A DNA stretch of 64,000 bases. Source: Octopus vulgaris (lineage: Eukaryota). The stretch's first letter is position 1, and each line of letters opens with the position of its first letter. The translations under genes and the position numbers were made by a program. Shown here in pieces: positions 55,605-64,000 of this stretch. The stretch lies in NCBI GenBank assembly GCA_951406725.2, contig OX597824.1:25358001-25422000 (forward strand), given 5' to 3'. Under the pieces are notes generated by a model. That model made no database searches, was not told where the DNA came from, and saw nothing but the letters and a program-made list of their open reading frames with translations.

Positions 55605-55843
55605 GGTGGTGGTGGCGGTGGTAGTAGTAGTAGGAGTTGTAGTAGTGGTGGTGATGGTGGTAGTAGTAGTAGTGGTGGTGGTGGTGGTGGTCGTGGTGGT
55701 TGTAGTAGTAGTATTAGTAGCCCCAGGAGCAACAGATGCGTCACCGATATTAATTGTAGTTGTAGTTTATAGTAGCGTGCAATTTTCACTTTAACTACTG
55801 CGCAAAAAGTTCGTTGTTTTTACATGTGTATACGTGTGTACGT

Positions 55844-55903
<60 letters not shown>
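51299..55903 (+). repeat. Duplicated block matching 43910-48523 (SAMHD1-like gene + ~3 kb upstream)
   Basis: Colinear, near-identical non-coding sequence; boundaries at a cgtct microhomology and a (GT)n tract. Confidence 0.95.
53079..53106 (-). promoter_or_regulatory. Candidate IRF element/TATA-like motif upstream of copy 2
   Basis: Identical to 45688-45715. Confidence 0.4.
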
Positions 55904-55907
<4 letters not shown>

Positions 55908-57329
55908 ATGTATGTGTGAGCATGTAAATGTACGCGTGTAAAATGTCTGTGGTTATGTGCACCTGTGTGTCCGCGCACTTGCATGCGCGTGTCTATCGCA
56001 AACGATAGATTGTTGAAATATTAGACACTTTTTCTTGGAAGGAAGCAAATTCAAGTGGAAGGAAGCAAATTTCGTTAGAATTTCCGTAGGAATACCAACA
56101 GTAAAGTCACTTCTCCGAAATGGAAAAAAATGATGTTAAATTATTTTTAAAATCGTAGACTCATCGTAGACATTTTTAGAGAGTAACTTCCCTTTAAAAA
56201 ATATGCATTAAAATGGAAAAAAATTATGGTAAATTATTTTTTAAATCGTAGACTCATTGTAGACGCGCGTTAATACCCATAAGGGCTCGATATGAATCAT
56301 GACTAAAAGATACCCGGTTTTGGTTAAACTGCACCGCAAAATGTGGGAGTAGTTAGGAATCTAAATCGGAGTAGACAGACACACAACCTTACTTTTATAT
56401 ATAAAGATTGGAAATGAGTGAGAACCAACGTTATCTTTATATATAAAACTAAAGTTGTGTGTGTGTGTGTCTGTCTACAAAGATTTAGATTCCTAACTAC
56501 TCCCACATTTTGTGGTGCAGTTTAACCAAAAGCAGGTATCTTATAGTCGTGATTCATATCGAGCCCTTCTGGGTATTAGCGCGCGTCTACGATGAGTCTA
56601 CGATTTAAAAAAAAATTTACCATGGTTTTCCGCATTTTTAATGATTTATGCTCGAGTTATATAAAGGAAGTAACTCTCTAAAAATGCTTATACAGTTATT
56701 TCCCTTACAAACCCGAGCAACGCCGGGCGATACTGCTAGTATTAATATAAATCTTGTAGTAATTAATTAATCTTGTTTAATGCTTCTTGTGACAATAACT
56801 ACCTTTCGTAGTCATCAGTTAAGAAAATTCAAAATTAATTGATTAATATATTGGAAATGAGTGAGAACCAACGTTATTGTGTCGAAATTAATGAAGGAAA
56901 ACCCCTGGATAGATGACGTGCATTTGTTTTGATAAAACGGAATTTTCAGTTACTTTTATGTTCTTAAAAGAACTCGTTACTATATAGCTTAAAGATGTTG
57001 ACATTCTTATAGAAGTATGGTGAGCAGCTAAACGTCTTCAGAAATCTCGATATAAATATTTTAGATCAGGTCAGTTATATATGGGACATATTTAACTCCT
57101 AACAACTGATCTAAGTGTTTGTTTATTTTACAATAAATATTTTCTCTTTATTTTACCGTTGTTGTACCGTTGTTCCTTGCACTGGTGAAAAGGGAAAAGA
57201 GTGAAGTTTGGTTGAAGATTGCCCGCACATCTCTCTATGTGTTCGCTCAAATAGTATTTGTTCATATGTAGTGCAGTTCTCCATATAAGGCACACCCTTG
57301 TTTGGCCTATATAATTCTACCCACATTCT

Positions 57330-57510
57330 GAAGAGTGAGAGAAAGTTGGGGCGAAATACTACAACAGGAGTCGCCACCACCCCCTGCCGGAGCCTCGTGG
57401 AGCTTTAGGCGTTTTCACTCAACAAACACACACAACGCCTGATGTGGGAATCGAACCCGCGATCCTCCGACCGTGAGTCCGCTGTCCTAACCACTGGCCA
57501 TTGCGCCTCC
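57330..57510 (-). mobile_element. tRNA-derived SINE, family C
   Basis: ggaggcgcaatggccagtggttaggacagcggactcacggtcgg head on the minus strand. Confidence 0.8.
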
Positions 57511-57538
57511 ACACACACACACATATATATATATACAC

Positions 57539-57617
<79 letters not shown>

Positions 57618-57721
57618 CTTTATTTAAAAGCAGCAGAAATTTAACAAATGCTGTTACTCGGAGTTAGTTTCACCTTCCCGCTCGTCGGTCAGTTTTGCTA
57701 AAACATTTATATGTTTACTCC

Positions 57722-57814
<93 letters not shown>

Positions 57815-58405
57815 CATACATACACATGTATTTACTGGATTCCTCCCGTTTGTTTGATGAGCCATTTTTCTATCATTAATAAAACTTTGGTATGCTAGTA
57901 TCTATATATTACAGTTGGTTGTTGAAATAAGGTATATTTTGCGTCTAAAAGGAAGAAGTGAAAGCTAATGAAGAGTATTAAAAATATCTCTATCTTTTCA
58001 TCTCGTATTCAATTCTAGTTTCCGAATGTTATTGTCATTTTCAAAACTATTCAAATGCGGAAGAGCATGACTTTGTATCACATTTTTTAACAAATGTTTT
58101 TTTCTCAGTAAGTGGTTCGCAGTAACATAATCACAAAGGATGGGACTCCGACATCGTAGGAAAGCTAAAGAGTCGCAATATGTTTTTCGAAACAGGCGGA
58201 AATCTCCAACTTATTTGTTTCATTGCTTTCAAACTAGGATACACACATACACACACACACACACATATGTACGTACGTACGTATGTATGTATGTATGTAT
58301 GTATGTATGTATGTATGTATGTATGTATGTATGTATGTATGTATTTATGTATGCATACATGCGTATGTATATATGTATGTATACATACGTACGTAGACAC
58401 ACACA

Positions 58406-58451
<46 letters not shown>

Positions 58452-58483
58452 CCTATCTATCTTTCTATCTATCTATCTATCTA

Positions 58484-58530
<47 letters not shown>

Positions 58531-59046
58531 TTAATTTATCAACCCCGAAAGGATGAAAGGCAAAGTCGACCTCGTCGGAATTTGAACTCAGAACGTAGCG
58601 GCAGACGAAATACCGCTAATACAAGTGTTGGTAGAAAGAAAAGGATAAAAGAAGGAAAAGAAATAAAAGAAAAAGAAACAGCAAATAGATAGAGGTAAAG
58701 AGGGTGATGATTTAGAAGTTGGCATTTCTAAAAAGTATCCAACGAATGCTGGATACTTCGTTCAGCTTGCAAACGCACACATAGAACGACATGCATATCT
58801 ACATAAATACAAACATACGTACTAATACACACACATATTGACACGCATACAGATGTACAAATAAAGATATACGTAAATACATATAGATAGACATATCTTC
58901 ACATCAAGATAAATATATACACCATAACGTATATAGGCATACAAACATATTATTAAAAAAACTGTCTGGTATGTAAAATATCAAAATAAGGATATTGTGC
59001 GATAAATTAATTTAGCATAATTAAATGTAATATAAAATATATATGG

Positions 59047-59153
59047 GCGCCTTGGGCAAGTGTCTTCTACTATAACCTCGGGCCGACCAAAGCCTTGTGA
59101 GTGGATTTGGTAGACGGAAACTGAAAGAAACGGAAAGAAGCCCCACGTATATA

Positions 59154-59202
<49 letters not shown>

Positions 59203-60155
59203 GTGTGTGTATATGTTTGTGTGTCTGTCCCCGCAACGTCGCTTGACAACCGATGCTGGTGTGTTTACGTTCCCATAACATAGCGGTTCGCTAAAAGAGA
59301 TCGATAGAATAAGTACTAGGCTTCCAAAGAATAAATCCTGGGGTCGATTTGCTCGACTAAAAGGTGGTGCTCCAGCATGGCCGCAGTCAAATGACTGAAA
59401 CAAGTAAAAGAGAAAGAGTAGAGAGTAAATAAATTTTAAAATATTAAATTTGAATATCCTCTTTTACTCTTTTACTTGTTTCAGTCATTTGACTGCGGCC
59501 ATGCTGGAGCACCGCCTTTAATCGAGCAAATCGACCCCAGGACTTATTCTTTGTAAGCCTAGTACTTATTCTATCGGTCTCTTTTGCCGAACCGCTAAGT
59601 TACGGGGACGTAAACACACCAACATCGGTTGTCAAGCAATGCTAGGGGGACAAACACAAACACACAAACACACACACACACACATATGTACATATATATA
59701 TATACATATATACGACAGGCTTCTTTCAGTTTCCGTCTACCAAATCCACTCACAGGGCTTTGGTCGGCCCGGGGTTATAGCAGAAGACACTTACCCAAAG
59801 TGTCACGCAGTGGGAATGGACCCGGAACCATGTGGTTGGTTAGCAAGCTACTTACCACACAGCCACTCCAGTGTGCCTCTTCTTTCAGGTTTACGCTTTT
59901 TACAGACGAGATGTGCATATATTAAGGCGGCGAGCTGGCAGAAACGTTAACACGCCGGGCGAAATGCTTCGCAGTATTTCGTCTGCCGCTACGTTCTGAG
60001 TTCAAATTCCGCCGAGGTTCACTTTGCCTTTCATCCTTTCGGGGTCGATTAAATAAGTACCAGTAACTCTCTGGGGTCGATATAATCGACTTAATCCGTT
60101 TGTCTGTCCTTGTTTGTCCTGTCTGTGTTTAGCCCCTTGTGGGTAGTAAAGAAAT
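59047..60155. mobile_element. SINE cluster: family A (+, 59047-59420), family A (-, 59461-59870) tail-to-tail, family B (+, 59925-60155)
   Basis: Similarity to the other copies; the two family A copies form an inverted pair. Confidence 0.85.
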
Positions 60156-60179
60156 AGAAATAGATATGTGCATATATAT

Positions 60180-60232
<53 letters not shown>

Positions 60233-61229
60233 TACATATATACGTATATAAATATTCAGTTGTAGTGGATAATATAAGAGGGAAAATCCACAGAATGTAT
60301 ATATCTTTCATGAGATGAAATATTTACGTAGTCAACCAGTTTCGCAGGTTTCCTAATTTCATGAGTTGTAAGAAAGTTGTTTCGTAAATGGAAGGGAGGT
60401 AATAAGTGTTTGTTACTGTTATAGGCAGGGGAGGTAATAAGTGTTTGTTACTATAATAGGCAGGGGAGGTAATTAATTTTCGTGGTGGGGAAGTGAAATG
60501 ATAGTATTTACTTTACGAAATAATAAAATTATGAATTAAAATATTTACAAAATTGATTACATGCTCAATATATAATATATACATTTTATGGATCTTTTCG
60601 GTTTGAACGGCAGTTTTTAACATAATTTCTTGGTAACTAAGAAATTTTAAACTTCGTATACTGGTTGGATGTGTTTATAAAACATCTTTTTCTCTTGGTT
60701 TTATTGAGAAAACTCTATTGTTTGTAAGATATTTGTTGTTGTTTTTTTTTTCAATTTCTGCAATTTCAACCAATCAATGAGGTCTATTGAGGTGAAAACA
60801 TTCTGTGCCGTATGAATATGTCCCTCGTTTAAGAAACAGATTGGGTTTATTTACATTTCTGACGAAAAAAACATACCCCTCCAACTAACCCTAACCCTAA
60901 AACAGATTGAAATGATACATCCTTAAGACATTTATTGGATGGCCGTTGACTCTCAAGAGTTCCTCCGCCCTTTGACAGGTTTTGTTTTTCATCCCGCAGG
61001 GTGTCCAATAAAAACCCTCCTCACCAAGCAAGCTTGGTGGGGTTTCCGGTTTAGTCGCCGACGACCCAACCATGCGACAGGTTGTACTCGGTTACATGTT
61101 ACCAGTAGCACTCATATACATACATACAAACATACATACATACATACATACATACATACATACAGCTGTCCTAAAATGTCGTCACGTTACTGCCTCCCTA
61201 TGCGGCACGATGTTGTCACTAAAACAATT

Positions 61230-64000
61230 TATTTGTATCGGAGACCGAGAACACCGCTCTAAGAGACGGTGAGGCAGTGACAGGAGCAAAACTCAAATAA
61301 GAAAAGTCAATGGGTCTGCATCTAGACAGGTAGAAAGGCAGACTCATGCCATCCAACATCGTGAGGTGTTGGACAGACAGACCATTTAAATTGCGCGGAG
61401 TCTAGTTTCGCCCAGACTTCTTAGTAGAAAAGAACTACTACGATATAATGAGCAAGGTAACTGTCTCATACAAAAATGGGCCAAGAGGAAACTGTCGCCG
61501 AAGGGTCACACAGAGGTGGAGAACGCCATCATTATGGTTCTCTGTCGTTGTCATCTGACTGTCGTAACTTGCTCACTTTTGACGAGGCTGGAACATCAGT
61601 GAAAAAGACGCTTCACTGGTCTGCTGCCAACACTTGCTACGTAAAACTGAATATACCGTGACCTGTATTGTGCATACATTTGCTGAAATTACATAATCTC
61701 TAGCGAATCGTTGGTGGTGAAGAGATAAAGTTGCCGTTTGTCAGACACGACTTTTCTATGCTTATCTCTTTAACAGAGCTGTTGGGGAGCTTAGCCTCTT
61801 GACTGTCGTCAGGCGCTCACGGCACGCTACCTGCCGGACAATGCGGTTGGCTGAAATTCTACATTGGCGTTCTAAAGAAGATTAGTGGCGGGTAGAAGAG
61901 ACGACGATTAGCAAAAATTTGGGCGTCACAGAAAACCAACTAAGTTTATCTTGAAGAATTCCCGTTCGAGATGCATGAAGAACGACGAAACGGTTCTACA
62001 TGCACTTGCCCGAGCTATGTCAAACAGCACCTGCCACCTGTCGGTCGATTCCGGCCATCATCTCGCTACTGAGTCCTTTGTGAAAAGCTCATCACCACCT
62101 CCTTTAGCTGAGAAGAGTGGTGATGGCGAAAAGGATTGTGGGGAGAATATAATCGTAAGTGTTGAGGACAGAGAGTTTTCACCTTTAGCTAGATTCTTGT
62201 CAGTGAGGGCGCGTGGCTTAGTGGTTAGGGCATTCGGCTCATGATCGTAAGGTTGTGAGTTCGATTCCCGGCGACGCGTTGTGTCCTTGAGCAAGACACT
62301 TTATTTCACGCTGCTCCAGTCCACTCAGCTGGCAAAAATGAGTTGTACTTGTATTTCAAAGGGTCAGCCTTGTCACTCTCTGTGTCACGCTGATTATCCC
62401 CGAGAACTACGTTAAGGGTACACGTGTCTGTGGAATGCTCAGCCATTTGCACGTTAATTTCACGAGCAAGCTGTTCCGTTGATTCGGATCAGCTGGGACC
62501 CTCGTCGTCGTAACCGGCGGAGTCTTTTTTTTTTTTAAGATTCTTGTCAACTTTTTCAAGTTTCACTTGTAAAGGTGTGAGGATGGAAATGGACGTACTG
62601 ATTTCAAGTAAGTTCGTTCAAAAGTTGATGAGGATTGTGGGCATGGTCCGAGTAAACGGGCCTCTGCTAAGAATGTGCCATTAGAATCGAAGCTAAAAAG
62701 CTAGTTGGGGGCACTTGCCTTAGTGGGCAGGGTGACTGTTCTTTTGTGGGGTTTCCACGGATGGCACTTGCAAGTCTCCTCTCAACTAGGAAACTTTCAT
62801 TGTTTAAAATGTTATTGTTGTTGCTTACTTTTTGTCTACATGTAGAACCCGACTTCTGTTTTTGTAAGGTTGTCCTGGAAACGTCCTCGTTGCTGTATGT
62901 TCCCTGTGTACTGAATTTTGTACCACTACTGCAGATACAAGAGCTATTGGATGGAGATAACCCGCACGAATTGGGAGATAAAAGACTCGTGTCGGCGTAC
63001 AGGGATGATGTCACATCCATAGGATCAGACACAAAGCACATCGAGCTGATTGTTACTGCTCTAAAGGACAACGAGACGGTGTAAAGAGCAAAATTTAACC
63101 ATGAAAAGTCTTCGGGCCTACAGCTCAACACTTGGTGGGACAGTACCAACGGCATTCGGGGCCACTGGACGCCCCGGTTAAATTGCTCGCAGCTTAGTCT
63201 GGTCCATATCTCCAGCTAGAGAAGAACTGGGACCAGGTGACGAGCAGGAGAGCCAATCTCACCCAGAAATGAACCGAGAAAAAGCTATTCCCGAAAGATC
63301 GAGCAAAGGCGGAAAACGTTTACATCTCATCCATAATATATTTCCGCTTGACTGTCGTTCCACACCAGCTGACAGATCACCGGACTGGCATAGCCACTCT
63401 TCCGCTTTCTGTGGAAGAGACGTGTCCCTAGTTAGCCACTGCACTTCATGTCAACATCTGTTGCATGTAGATGTGCGCATGCTGTGGATGGTGATACGCA
63501 GACATGCGCTGAGGTTATGATATACCCAACGTTTCCTTGGTGAGGAGCAGATGTGGTCGGCGTTTATGAAGTCCTGTTTTCAAACCACTTATCTTTCCGA
63601 CTGAGCAGCAGTCCTAGATTAAGCATCGGTCAAGGTAGGATGCCTGAAACCTCAAGTGTTGTCAGGTACTGAAAACCCTCTGCTAGTCAGGCAATATTGT
63701 TGGTATAATTTCTACATTGGTGTTCGGTAGAGAGTTAATGGATAGCAAAGGTAATGACATTCTAGGGATGATTTTGGACATCGATGAAGATCAGTTGGTT
63801 AGCTCTTTCCAGAGGACTCGGAAATCTCTTGCCTGGTAAGACTACCAGTATTATCAGTTCGAGATAATCTCGCCTGACAGTCGGGTTTGGCTGAGAAGCG
63901 CGCCGAGTGATGAAACTGTTCTACATGCACTCGTCCAGGGTCTGAGCGTTTCTGATTTGTAGAATTATGTCAAACTTCCTGTCGTGTGTAGAATGTATCC
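61230..64000 (+). repeat. Segmental duplication copy B of 38493-41264 (degraded LINE + SINE), runs off the window end
   Basis: Identical ORF translations at offset 22737. Confidence 0.95.

Noticed and set aside
60880-60900. Telomeric (CCCTAA)n seed
   Set aside because: Only 2-3 units, internal to a MITE-like repeat also present at 47111 and 54518.

Overview
AT-rich, microsatellite- and SINE-dense animal genomic DNA. The repeat families look like those of Octopus (inference from SINE/LINE types, not proven). Host genes: (1) a six-exon minus-strand gene (31576->8088, ~390 aa) that I assembled by hand with phase-consistent GT-AG junctions, encoding a peritrophin-A (CBM14)-like chitin-binding module, a Pro/Thr linker and a complete S1A serine protease with an unusual H|IVPA activation site; (2) two tandem, intronless, SAM-less SAMHD1-like HD-domain dNTPase genes (45392->43872 and 52783->51117). 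The SAMHD1-like locus is the most interesting part. Both copies carry a ~170-aa insert built from 20-aa GxIxG repeats. They differ by ~28 amino acids but only ~2 silent changes that I could find, while their flanks are near-identical. An IRF-type element lies upstream of each. One copy sits inside a foldback-like long-inverted-repeat element, and the region appears to begin again as a ~22.7-kb-period duplication at the window end. The rest is a transposon graveyard (Penelope, RTE, CR1, R4/Dong, Tx1-like, mariner, Tigger/pogo, Helitron-like, tRNA-derived SINEs). It includes several Penelope-type minimal hammerhead ribozyme motifs (two with a compensatory U3-A8 core) and a 9 x 152-bp minisatellite born from a LINE 3' end.
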